From: Candidatus Micrarchaeota archaeon
GTDB lineage: Archaea > Micrarchaeota > Micrarchaeia > Anstonellales > Bilamarchaeaceae
Length of the DNA: 64,000 nucleotides
Assembly: GCA_043812915.1 (NCBI GenBank)
Contig: JBDRLQ010000012.1
Location: 24,308-88,307, forward strand
Direction of reading: 5' to 3'
The position numbers and the translations under genes are program-made. Positions 9,227 through 18,106 of the stretch are shown one piece after another; the stretch's first letter is position 1; each line of letters begins with the position of its first letter. The notes below the pieces were generated by a model. That model saw only the letters and a program-made list of their open reading frames with translations. It made no database searches and was not told the DNA's origin.

Positions 9227-9923
9227 ATGTTTTCATATATTGCCGGGATCGATGAAGCCGGCAGAGAGCTGTGAGGGATTCCCCTTTTAGCCTGCAAGTC
9301 CCGTCATCGGTCCGCTGGTTGTATGCTGCGCCTACTGTAGAAGGGGCGATGAGAAAAAGCTGAGAGCCTCAGCCAGCAAGGATTCCAAGAAGCTAACTCC
9401 AAAGAAGCGAGAGGAGGCGCTTGCAGAACTCAAGAAATTCTGCAGCTTCCGCTGGGTGGAGGTGAGCGCGGATGACCTCAACCGCCTTATGAAGACCATG
9501 TCCCTCAACGACATCGAGGCCATGGTGATGTGCGACCTCATCAAGCAGCTCCGCGTCGGCATGGATATCATGATAGACATGCCTGACCGCTATTCATGGA
9601 CCTTCAGGAAGAGAATGGAGAAATTCGGGGTGGATAAGTTCGAGGCAGAGCACAAGGCTGATGAGACCTATCCCATCGTTGCGGCCGCTTCCATATACGC
9701 AAAGGTGCTCCGCGACAAGAAGGTCTCTGAGATTGCCAAGCTGGTCGGAGATTTCGGCAGTGGCTATCCAGGGGACAAGAAGACCTCCAACGCGCTCAAG
9801 GACATGGAGTTCATGACTAAGCTCAAGCCTTTTATCCGTGAGCGGTGGAAGACGATAGAGGATTTGAAGCAGAAGAAGCTTTTTGGGGATGAGCAAGATG
9901 GCGAAAGTGACGATTCTGAATGA
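9227..9923 (+). CDS. rnhB: Ribonuclease HII, split by a 31-nt BHB intron: join(9227..9266,9298..9923), 221 aa
   Basis: Spliced frame reads IAGIDEAGRGPVIGPLVV...DSKKL...EHKADETYPIVAAASIYAKVLRD...GSGYPGD; the ORF track only shows the 3' part (9456-9923). Confidence 0.93.
9267..9297 (+). other. BHB-type mRNA intron in rnhB
   Basis: Central helix GCAG(9261-64)/CTGC(9292-95), bulges AG^A and AA^G, internal hairpin; contains in-frame TGA and shifts the frame. Confidence 0.88.
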
Positions 9924-10173
9924 TAATGTGAGTTTTGAGGTTCCTGATGGCGCTAGGCTGATGCCCTACGCCAAGGAGAATTCCGGCCTGATGTTCGGCT
10001 GCGGGAAAGGGGAGTGCGGCATATGCATCTGCACGGTCGTAAAGGGCGCTGAGAATCTCAACAAGAGGACTGACAAGGAGTATCAGCATCTCCAGTCCCG
10101 GGGAGCCACCCCTGCACAGCGCCTCGCCTGCCAGGTTGTCGTGAACAAGGGAGAAGTAACAATCGAGTACTGA
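9898..10173 (+). CDS. 2Fe-2S ferredoxin
   Basis: GCGKGECGIC and RLACQ motifs. Confidence 0.9.
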   Translation: MAKVTILNDNVSFEVPDGARLMPYAKENSGLMFGCGKGECGICICTVVKGAENLNKRTDKEYQHLQSRGATPAQRLACQVVVNKGEVTIEY

Positions 10174-10211
10174 TTCTAAAAAATAAGAAAAAGAAAAAAT
10201 GAGAAGCCGCT

Positions 10212-10934
10212 TTAGTCGTGCGGCTCTACTGTTATATGTCCCTTCATCGCCATGTAGGTGAGGGCGTAGTACTCGCAGGTCACCGCTTTTTTCATGGTGA
10301 CGCTTGCCTGCTCTCCCGGGCCGATGATATCACTGTCAAAGATCTCAACCCCGTTGAGGTAGCAGGTTGCAGAGCGCGGGTATGCTCCCTCGTTCACCCA
10401 CGTGACAACGTCATCCACGTTCACGGTAATCTGCGCAGGCTCGAATGCGAAGTCCTTTATTTTCACCGTGTATTCCTGAGGCAGGTATTCAGCCGGCTCA
10501 TACTCCACAGTGAATGTCACCTCCTTCACGATGGGGGGTGAGTATGCAGTGTGGTCGTTGTTCATGAGCTCAATCCTCAGGGTGTGCGTTCCAGGGTTAA
10601 TCCCGGTGAGCGTGTATGTCTTCTCGCTCACTACGATGGCGTTTCCCCCATCAAGCATGAAGTGGAAATGCCCCTCTCCCTTCTTGGCAGCTCCTCCAGG
10701 TGTCTTGATGATGAGGTTCATCGCCGATACTGATACCGTCACTTCGGCATTTTCCTCAGCGCTTTTTACGACTGCACCGGCTGCCGGGCTCACGATTGTG
10801 AAGCTAGGCATCGGGATTGTCACATCCTCTCCAGGAGGGGTTTCCCCTTCGGGCTCTTCCGGTACTTCGGGCTCGCCGAGGCATCCGAAGAGCAGTATTG
10901 AAAACAGCAGCATGCTGATAATTAACTTACTCAT
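10212..10934 (-). CDS. Lipoprotein with an Ig-like His-containing domain and a C-terminal cupredoxin-like domain
   Basis: LLFGC lipobox-like signal; GHFHFMLDG...GTHTLRIEL..NDH; IKDFAFEPAQITV...VTWVN. Confidence 0.7.
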   Translation of the reverse strand: MSKLIISMLLFSILLFGCLGEPEVPEEPEGETPPGEDVTIPMPSFTIVSPAAGAVVKSAEENAEVTVSVSAMNLIIKTPGGAAKKGEGHFHFMLDGGNAIVVSEKTYTLTGINPGTHTLRIELMNNDHTAYSPPIVKEVTFTVEYEPAEYLPQEYTVKIKDFAFEPAQITVNVDDVVTWVNEGAYPRSATCYLNGVEIFDSDIIGPGEQASVTMKKAVTCEYYALTYMAMKGHITVEPHD

Positions 10935-10999
10935 AAGTTTCACCTTGTTTCCTCTTACTCGCGAAAGTGTATTAAACACTTCGCAGATGATGGATATCA

Positions 11000-11644
11000 A
11001 TGATTCATGCCGCGCTATTCGATTTTGACGGGGTAATCGTGAAATCCGAGCCCCTGCACAAGAAGACCTTCCTGAACATCCTCTCCCCATATGGAGTGGA
11101 GATTTCAGATCAGCGCTGGTTCCAGGAATTCGCCGGAACCGGCTCCAGGCGCATTTTCAGGGCCCTGATGGATGAGTATGGGATTGACGCGGACGTTGAG
11201 GAATTCGCGGAGAAGAGGAGGGCGATATTCATGCAGATGTGCAGGGACGGCCGGATGCATGAGATGGACGGCCTGAAGGAATTCCTCAAGCTTCTGGAGG
11301 AGAAGGGCGTGAAGGCGGCAATCGTCTCCGGAGGCAACCGCGGCTACATAGAGTTGCTTCTGGAATCCCTCGGTATAAAAGACTCATTCTCATTCATAGT
11401 GAGCGCTGATGACATCCCGCAGAGGAAGCCCGACCCAGAGCCATTCCTGCTCGCTTCCAGGGAGCTTGGGGTGCCACCAGAAGAGTGCCTGGTCATCGAG
11501 GACTCATATGCCGGTTGCAAGGCGGGGAGGGCTGCTGGAATGAAGGTCGCATGGCTAAGGCCATATCCTTCCATGGAGCCGCCTGAGTGCGACCTGGTGA
11601 TTGAAAACCTGAAGAATGAAGGGCTGAAATCACTACTCGGCTGA
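11000..11644 (+). CDS. HAD-family phosphatase (beta-PGM/CbbY-like)
   Basis: FDFDGVIV, KPDPEPF, IEDSYAG. Confidence 0.92.
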   Translation: MIHAALFDFDGVIVKSEPLHKKTFLNILSPYGVEISDQRWFQEFAGTGSRRIFRALMDEYGIDADVEEFAEKRRAIFMQMCRDGRMHEMDGLKEFLKLLEEKGVKAAIVSGGNRGYIELLLESLGIKDSFSFIVSADDIPQRKPDPEPFLLASRELGVPPEECLVIEDSYAGCKAGRAAGMKVAWLRPYPSMEPPECDLVIENLKNEGLKSLLG

Positions 11645-12619
11645 CATGCGTTTGCCTACCAATGTGGGGGCGTCCCCACTGATGGATGGTGCATCTGGCA
11701 GTAGAAGGGTTGGAGCATAGCCTGCTTCGAATCTTGAGAGCGCTTCGCCCAACTCATCAACCGACTGGAACCTGTGGGCGGGATTCTTTGCCATCGCGCG
11801 CAAAATGAGCATGTCAAGCTCTTCGGGTATGAGCGTGTCCACCATCCCGCTTGGAGGCGTCGGCATCATGGCCAGGTGCTGAGTCATAACCGCAAGCGGA
11901 TTCCCAATAAAAGGCAGCACCCCGGTGACCATCCGGTAGAGCATCACGCCCATCGCGTAAATGTCTGTCCTCTGGTCAAGTATGTCCTCCATCATCTGCT
12001 CGGGCGCCATGTAATTCGGAGTGCCGCAGACCCCCGTTCCAGGCGCATCACCATTCATCTCCTGACGGCCTGCGAACACCGTGAAACCGAAGTCCATGAG
12101 CTTGATTATGTCCCCTGGCTGGATCATTACGTTATCAGGCTTCAGGTCCCTGTGGACCAGGCCCATGCTGTGCAGGGGCTCAAGAGCCTCGCAGAGCTGG
12201 AGCATGATTGATTTGGTCCGATTCCATGGAAGCTCTTTAACGGCCTGGAGTTCCTCCCCTAGATTGCGTCCCTCAAGAAGTTCCATCACAAGGAACCTCA
12301 TGCCCTCTTCCGTATGTCCATCGTCTATCATGCGGACGACTGAATCGCTGTCTGCAAGATTAAGGACAAATATCTCTTTCTCGAAAACTGCCCGGTAAAA
12401 GCTCTCCCTGGCAATCTTCACCGCTACATGGCTTCCGGACTCATCCTCTGCGCGGTACACCGCTCCGGTGCCACCACTGCCAAGGAGTCCTTTGAGCCTG
12501 TACCTGTTTTTTCCGGCAAGCTCTCTGCCGATAAATGGGTTAGCCTGGCCGCCATCGCTTTTTATCCCCTCCCGGGCTGTACTATCGCCGGAGCTGCGGC
12601 TGAATGCTAGTGTATTCAT
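11633..12619 (-). CDS. Hanks-type Ser/Thr protein kinase (bacterial PknB-like catalytic domain, no TM)
   Basis: GSGGTGAVY, VAVK, HRDLKPDN, DFG, GTPNYMAPEQ, DIYAMG. Confidence 0.95.
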   Translation of the reverse strand: MNTLAFSRSSGDSTAREGIKSDGGQANPFIGRELAGKNRYRLKGLLGSGGTGAVYRAEDESGSHVAVKIARESFYRAVFEKEIFVLNLADSDSVVRMIDDGHTEEGMRFLVMELLEGRNLGEELQAVKELPWNRTKSIMLQLCEALEPLHSMGLVHRDLKPDNVMIQPGDIIKLMDFGFTVFAGRQEMNGDAPGTGVCGTPNYMAPEQMMEDILDQRTDIYAMGVMLYRMVTGVLPFIGNPLAVMTQHLAMMPTPPSGMVDTLIPEELDMLILRAMAKNPAHRFQSVDELGEALSRFEAGYAPTLLLPDAPSISGDAPTLVGKRMSAE

Positions 12620-12730
12620 GTTATAATATATGGTATTTCATATATTTAAAGGTATCCATTCGGTGTAGAAGCATTTATATTCATGTAATTCGATAATTTT
12701 CCATACGGAAATTCCGCTTGAGTTGGCTTT

Positions 12731-13906
12731 ATGATAAAACTTGGGCTGGACCGGAAAAAACGTGATGTTTCTGTTAAGGAACCTGCTGACGTCACATCCC
12801 TGCAGAACGGTTTTTACGGCCAGATGAAAAAGGGCATTATTTTCCTATCTCCAGAGGAAGCGCTGTATGTCATGGATATACGCAATGGCAAGTGCTATGA
12901 CAAGGCGGGCAATTCATACTCCTTCAACGACCTTGCCCTGATATTCAGCCGGAACAGGAAGCTGCTGGCCAGGTACCTCACCTACAAGGACTGGAGGGAC
13001 AAGGGGCTCATACTGAGGCCCGTCTCAGAGGCTGAAGGGAGTTATGGCAGGACAATCCTCAAGAAGTACACCAAGTCAGGTATGAAGCTGGGCAAGTTCA
13101 CTTTCGAGGGCCTTTTCTTCAAGGGTGATCTTCTTACCATCGTAGACGACCAGATTGTCGGGAAGGAGCTCTATGAGCAGCACTGGCTGGGGCAGTTTGG
13201 GACATACAAATCCGCGCACCGGGGAAGGATTTCAAAGCTCGACGTATACGAGACAATCTTCCTGCTCAAGCACGCCGGACTCAGGCTCAGGAACTCCACG
13301 CTTGCCGAAGTACAGAAGGAAGCGCGTAAAAGAATCAAGTTCTTCGATGATCTGTATGCCGTCTACGAGGACTGGCGCCTCAGGGGATATGTGGTCAAGA
13401 CCGGCTTTAAGTTCGGGACTCATTTCAGGATATACTTCCCCGGAGCCTCTCCGGTGCGGCTGGAGAATGAATGGATGCACTCCAAACACGTAATCCACGT
13501 GTTTTCGAGGAGGAACAAGCTCCTTATCTCGGAGTGGGCCAGGGCAATCAGGGTGGCGCACAGCGTGAAAAAGACCTTCATCCTGGCAATCCCCGGAAAG
13601 AAGTCCAAGATATCTGTCAATCTGAAGAAGCCGAGGCTGGATTTCCTCCTCTTTCACAGGAAAAGCGGCGGTATAGAGACCCCCAAGGACGGGGTGCCAA
13701 GGTTCCTGATGTTCTCCCTCAGCGAGGACGAGTATCTCGGCGGTGAGGAACTGGCGAAGGCCCTGGCTGAGTGCGACCACTTCGGCCTGGAGATGATGAT
13801 GGCCATCTCAGACCGGGAGAGCTCGGTGACCTACTATGTCATAAAGAGAATCGACCTTCCTGGCAGCGAATATGACTATTTCGAGATAGAATGGCTCCAG
13901 CCATAG
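12731..13906 (+). CDS. endA: tRNA-splicing endonuclease, three-unit (epsilon2/ARMAN-type)
   Basis: 391 aa; LSPEEALY, Y.DWR..G, KTGFKFGTHFRIY, RVAHSVKK; triad candidates Y235/H250/K281. Confidence 0.92.
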   Translation: MIKLGLDRKKRDVSVKEPADVTSLQNGFYGQMKKGIIFLSPEEALYVMDIRNGKCYDKAGNSYSFNDLALIFSRNRKLLARYLTYKDWRDKGLILRPVSEAEGSYGRTILKKYTKSGMKLGKFTFEGLFFKGDLLTIVDDQIVGKELYEQHWLGQFGTYKSAHRGRISKLDVYETIFLLKHAGLRLRNSTLAEVQKEARKRIKFFDDLYAVYEDWRLRGYVVKTGFKFGTHFRIYFPGASPVRLENEWMHSKHVIHVFSRRNKLLISEWARAIRVAHSVKKTFILAIPGKKSKISVNLKKPRLDFLLFHRKSGGIETPKDGVPRFLMFSLSEDEYLGGEELAKALAECDHFGLEMMMAISDRESSVTYYVIKRIDLPGSEYDYFEIEWLQP

Positions 13907-13951
13907 CTTTTAATTGAGTTCGCAGCATCAGCTAGTGATAGGGTGTATTCG

Positions 13952-14563
13952 ATGAGGGCATTCGCATTTTTCATGTTTTTGGTACTTCTGTCATCCGCAG
14001 CTTTCGCTGCAATCCTCACTTCAGGGGATGGCGGAGCGGAGTGGGCGCAGGTAACTGCCAGGGAGAAGTGCCAGGAAGAGAATGTAGGCGCTGTCTACCT
14101 ATGCCTCGGGAATGTCGTGAGGGTCGTCTCCACGGTTCCTGGCGCAGGCAGCACCTTCTATGAGCCCGATGGCAATATCGCTCGCTGCCCGCTGGTCTCC
14201 CCGTCAGAGATGGGCGCAGAATGCGTTCAGATGACCATGCCCAACTACTGCCCAGATGAGGTGGTCTGCGGAGAAGCCGAGGAGCATGTCTTTCCTGGGC
14301 ACAGCGACTATGAGGCGGTAATGGAGCCCGAGGAGGCTCCGGAGCCAACTCCCGAGCCCGAAGTGCCCGAGCCGGCCCTGATATCTTCCGATGAGCCCGA
14401 AGATGAGCCTGCGCCTCAGAAGGCTGATGAGCGGAAGACCACCAAGCCGGAGACTGTTACCGACGAGTCAATTTTCAGCAACCTGGCATTCATGGTTCTG
14501 GTGCTCGGGGTGGTTGCGATACTGGTAATCTACTTCCTGTTCAGGAGAACCACAGGCAGATAA
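13952..14563 (+). CDS. Secreted, C-terminally anchored Cys-containing protein
   Basis: Signal peptide, six Cys, P/E-rich stalk, C-terminal TM followed by RR. Confidence 0.7.
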   Translation: MRAFAFFMFLVLLSSAAFAAILTSGDGGAEWAQVTAREKCQEENVGAVYLCLGNVVRVVSTVPGAGSTFYEPDGNIARCPLVSPSEMGAECVQMTMPNYCPDEVVCGEAEEHVFPGHSDYEAVMEPEEAPEPTPEPEVPEPALISSDEPEDEPAPQKADERKTTKPETVTDESIFSNLAFMVLVLGVVAILVIYFLFRRTTGR

Positions 14564-14643
14564 TTCTTTTTTTGTTCAGAATGAGTAGCGTGAGCAAAGG
14601 GAAAATAAAAAGAAAAAAAAAAGAAAGTTCAAGCGCTCTCTAT

Positions 14644-15096
14644 CTATGAGCACTTGCCTACAATCGGCTTAACACCAGCCTGTGTAATGCCGGCTATTCC
14701 GCCCTTGTTGTAGGTTATTACAACGTTTTCAAGCTGGAACGGGTCACCGGTTGTTCCGCATGGCGAAGCCGCGGTTGCGTTGATGACTGTGCTCTCACCG
14801 CTGTCGAAGACACTGCTGGTGGAGAATATCGAGGATCCTTCCACGCTGATGTCTGTAAGCGTAAGCTGGTCGATGTCATTGTTGACAATCTCAATCATCA
14901 CTTCCGTGCCGGCGTATCTGTACGTCTTCAGAGAGAAGGGCGAAGCACCTGCCCAGTAGTTCTTGCTCTGTGTCTCAATGGAGCCTGCTCCAAGACCAGA
15001 GAATCCCCCTACCAGGAATACCACTACGAGTGCTACTACTAGCACAACTGCCAGAATCACTAAGTATTCTGTCGAAACCTGTCCTTTTTTATTCAA
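14644..15096 (-). CDS. Class III signal-peptide (type IV pilin-like) protein
   Basis: KKG/QVSTEYLVILAVVLVVALVV prepilin motif; TTG start after AGGTGAT. Confidence 0.85.
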   Translation of the reverse strand: MNKKGQVSTEYLVILAVVLVVALVVVFLVGGFSGLGAGSIETQSKNYWAGASPFSLKTYRYAGTEVMIEIVNNDIDQLTLTDISVEGSSIFSTSSVFDSGESTVINATAASPCGTTGDPFQLENVVITYNKGGIAGITQAGVKPIVGKCS

Positions 15097-15281
15097 TCAT
15101 ATCACCTTTTGGTCGATTTGGGTTTTGCTAACTCCTTTAATTTAACCTTTATGAATGCTCGTTATACCCTATTAAAGCTTGCCGTGTCTCCGGAGGTGGC
15201 ATATTGCGATGCGAGGTTAGCTTGCGTCTGCCGGAATTCTAAACCGTTATAAAGCGCAAAGCCCATTTAATTTCGATTATT

Positions 15282-15593
15282 ATGCAACTTGGCAATTGGA
15301 TTAAACTGGGTTTATTGGTTGGATTCCTTGTCGGCTTTTTAGCAATGCTAATCTTCTTTGTGGGGGGTCTTATGGGCGGTGACATAGGCGGGCTGGTTGT
15401 GCTCTTTTCATTCCTGATGTTTGGACTATCCGGGATTGGATGCTTTGTGGCCTGGGTTGCGGGCCTTGCCGAAGTGCTCACTTCAAAGCAGAGCGGCTTG
15501 AACAAGATTCTATGGGTAATCGGGATGTTCATCCTTGGTTCCCTGGGCACTCTCATATACTACTTTGCCGGAAGGAAAGAGCTGACAAACTAG
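15282..15593 (+). CDS. Small membrane protein (PLDc N-terminal-like C-terminus)
   Basis: Three hydrophobic segments; KILWVIGMFILGSLGTLIYYFAGRK. Confidence 0.65.
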   Translation: MQLGNWIKLGLLVGFLVGFLAMLIFFVGGLMGGDIGGLVVLFSFLMFGLSGIGCFVAWVAGLAEVLTSKQSGLNKILWVIGMFILGSLGTLIYYFAGRKELTN

Positions 15594-15624
15594 CCGTTCC
15601 ATCTTTTCTTTTTTTGAGAATGAG

Positions 15625-15773
15625 CGGGCCCGGAGGGATCTTCAGCTCTGCTGGAGATTTTGGTCTCCAGGCCAAAGCATTTGAACCCTCGACCTTCGCC
15701 TGTCTTCCGAGCCGGGGCCGATTCCCCGGGACGCTAGGAGAGCGTCACTCTGTCCAAGCTGAGCTACGGGCCC
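15625..15773 (-). tRNA. tRNA-Arg(CCT) with two introns: 37/38 (15734-15702, 33 nt) and 59/60 (15679-15639, 41 nt)
   Basis: Reverse complement gives GGGCCCG...CGGGCCCG cloverleaf, 75 nt after removing both; T-loop BHB has TTCA/TGAA helix with AA^T and GA^T bulges. Confidence 0.88.
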
Positions 15774-15833
15774 ATAATAATGCTAAGAGTTGTTCCCTTC
15801 GTTTTATATCCTTTTCTACGGCTATTCCAAATC

Positions 15834-16607
15834 ATGATTCCTGAGCTCTCTTCTCTTATCCGCTCTTCAATCGCGGAGACCCTCGAGGACCGGATAGCGG
15901 TAGCCTTTTCCGGGGGCGTGGACTCCACCGTGATAGCCCAGGTCGCCAAGCGGGACGCTGAAGTGGAGCTGTTCTCCGCGGGCATGGAAGGCTGCCCGGA
16001 CCTGGAGTTCTCAGAGAAGGCTGCAGGCCTTATGGGGCTTCCACTTGAGAGAATCCTCATGGAGAAGGAAGACATCCTGGAGGCCTTTGAAAAATGCTAT
16101 TCTGTTGCGCCCAACGAATTGCTGAAAGTGGAGATTCTGGTTCCAGTGTGGGCGGCTGCGAAGAGGGCTGCAGATAAAGGCCACAGCGTCCTTTTTTTTG
16201 GGGCGGCCGCAGAAGAGCTGTTTGTTGGATATGAGCGCTATTTCGTCTTCCGAGATGATGGGGGCGATTTGGAAAAACTGCTAAAAGACGAATTCAAGGG
16301 TCTTGCCCAGAGGGAAATATCCTGGATTTCCAAAATCTGCAGGAAGCACGGGCTGGAGGCCAGGTTCCCGCTCTACAACCGGAAGCTGGCTGATTTCATG
16401 CACTCAATCCCGCTTGATGAGCGCATGGGCGGCCGTGAACTCAAGAAGCCCATTCTCAGGGAAGCTGCCAAGATGCTTGGGGTCCCGGACATTGTCCTTA
16501 AAAGAAGAAAGCAGGCGATGCAGTACGGATCAGGCATACATAAGGTAATCATGAAGAACGCGGACGAGCTGAACCGGAAGTTTCCAGCCCCCCAAAAAGG
16601 AATATAA
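15834..16607 (+). CDS. Asparagine-synthase C-terminal-domain (PP-loop) protein
   Basis: AFSGGVDS PP-loop, GAAAEELFVGY, K.ILREAA, KQAMQYGSG; no glutaminase domain. Confidence 0.85.
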   Translation: MIPELSSLIRSSIAETLEDRIAVAFSGGVDSTVIAQVAKRDAEVELFSAGMEGCPDLEFSEKAAGLMGLPLERILMEKEDILEAFEKCYSVAPNELLKVEILVPVWAAAKRAADKGHSVLFFGAAAEELFVGYERYFVFRDDGGDLEKLLKDEFKGLAQREISWISKICRKHGLEARFPLYNRKLADFMHSIPLDERMGGRELKKPILREAAKMLGVPDIVLKRRKQAMQYGSGIHKVIMKNADELNRKFPAPQKGI

Positions 16608-16630
16608 AGCTCTCCTGCGCCGCTCCTTCC

Positions 16631-17206
16631 ATGGAGGAGCCAAAGCAAGCGGAAGTGAAGACAGTGTCCGACGCGCTCAGGTCGATTCAGATAGCGCTGG
16701 ACAACTACGATGATATATTTTCCGATTTCGACCCGTCTCCCTATCAGAGGAGGCTCCTCTCGGATGACTTCCTTAAAGAGCTTTACAGGCGCTATGCGAT
16801 GACCCGGAAGGAGGAATTCATCGTCAACTTTACCCTGCCAAAAAAGGAGCGCTCAGAGAAGACCGAGGAGCTGATACGGAAGCGGCTGAAGGACCATTTC
16901 CGCGGGCGCCTGCGCAAGGCCGACAAGAAGGCAAAAGAACTGAGGAAGAACGGGCTTTTGCGCCTTCTGGCGGGCTTTGCGATTTCGACACTTATGCTGG
17001 TCTTTTCCGGACCCGAGCTGCTGCCCTTTATTACCATGGTCTCCGTTCTTGCCTGGTACCTTCTCTGGTCCGGGTACGAAAACTTCTTCGAGGCTGCCGG
17101 AAAAACGAGCGTCAGGAAGGCGTATTACGAGCGCTTCCTGGGGGCGAAGTACAATTTCTCGGATGAGGAGGATGTTCTTAGGCAGGCAAGGGTAGCGCAC
17201 ACCTAG
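16631..17206 (+). CDS. Hypothetical membrane protein
   Basis: 191-aa ORF, LDNYDDIFSDFDP motif, two TM helices. Confidence 0.7.
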   Translation: MEEPKQAEVKTVSDALRSIQIALDNYDDIFSDFDPSPYQRRLLSDDFLKELYRRYAMTRKEEFIVNFTLPKKERSEKTEELIRKRLKDHFRGRLRKADKKAKELRKNGLLRLLAGFAISTLMLVFSGPELLPFITMVSVLAWYLLWSGYENFFEAAGKTSVRKAYYERFLGAKYNFSDEEDVLRQARVAHT

Positions 17207-18048
17207 CCCTTCTGCTTCCTTTCGGCCGCCTTTACTACGTTGCTAATTAGCATCGCGACGGTCATCGGGCCCACTCCTCCTGGGACCGGGCTGCAGTGGG
17301 CCTTCTTTATCACTTCTTCAAATACCACGTCTCCGACGACAGCATGCCCGACTTTGGTAGTGCCCACGTCAATGACGTAAGCACCCTTCTTGACCATGTT
17401 GCCCCTTATCATCCCGGGCACCCCTGCCGCGGCGATTACTATATCGGCTTCTTTGGTGTGCTTCCCGATATCAGGGGTTTTCGAGTGACAAATGGTAACC
17501 GTCGCGTTCTTCGCAAGGAGAAGCATGGCCATCGGCTTCCCGACAACATTGCTGCGTCCGATGACTACTGCGTGCTTTCCTTCCATCTGGATGCTGTAGT
17601 ACTCGAGCATGCGCATAACACCTGCAGGAGTTGCCGGATAGAAAATATCATCCCTTTTTGCATCCAGGAAAAGCCCCCCAAGGCTCTTAGATGTCCATCC
17701 GTCGACATCCTTTTCAGTGCTTATCGCCTCGATGACCTTGTTCCCGTCAATCTGCCGTGGCAGGGGCGACTGCACTATGAATCCGTCCAGCTCAGTGTCA
17801 TTGTTCAATTTGTCGACAAGGCTCAGCAGCTCTTCTTCCTTGGCATTCTCCGGGAGCTTGTGAAGCCGCGTATCCACCCCTGCGCTTGCCGCCTTCTTTA
17901 CCTTCATGCTGACGTAAACCTGGGAGGCGGGGTCGTTTCCGACCAGCACAATGCCAAGGGTCGGCTTCCGATCCAGTTTCTCGACCCTCCTCTTTATGCT
18001 GATGAGGAGCGCATCAGAGACTTCTCTTCCGGAAAGGGTTTTGTACAT
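17203..18048 (-). CDS. folD: Methylenetetrahydrofolate dehydrogenase/cyclohydrolase
   Basis: YVSMK, KDVDG, GRSNVVGKP, PVPGGVGPMT. Confidence 0.97.
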   Translation of the reverse strand: MYKTLSGREVSDALLISIKRRVEKLDRKPTLGIVLVGNDPASQVYVSMKVKKAASAGVDTRLHKLPENAKEEELLSLVDKLNNDTELDGFIVQSPLPRQIDGNKVIEAISTEKDVDGWTSKSLGGLFLDAKRDDIFYPATPAGVMRMLEYYSIQMEGKHAVVIGRSNVVGKPMAMLLLAKNATVTICHSKTPDIGKHTKEADIVIAAAGVPGMIRGNMVKKGAYVIDVGTTKVGHAVVGDVVFEEVIKKAHCSPVPGGVGPMTVAMLISNVVKAAERKQKG

Positions 18049-18106
18049 GATAATATTAGGCCGGAGAAGGGTTTTAAAACGGTTTATCAGTAATTCCCTC
18101 TACTAT

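Noticed and set aside
9456..9923. rnhB as a truncated 155-aa gene or frameshifted pseudogene
   Set aside because: Precise BHB excision restores the complete catalytic motif, and no other lesions are visible.
15089..15100. ATG-ATT-GAA-TAA mini-ORF at the pilin start, suggesting a frameshift
   Set aside because: The TTG at 15096 is suitably spaced from AGGTGAT and gives a normal class III signal.
15440..15844. ORFs overlapping the tRNA loci (also 6815-7114 and the 5' extension from 18145)
   Set aside because: Explained by intron-containing tRNA genes.
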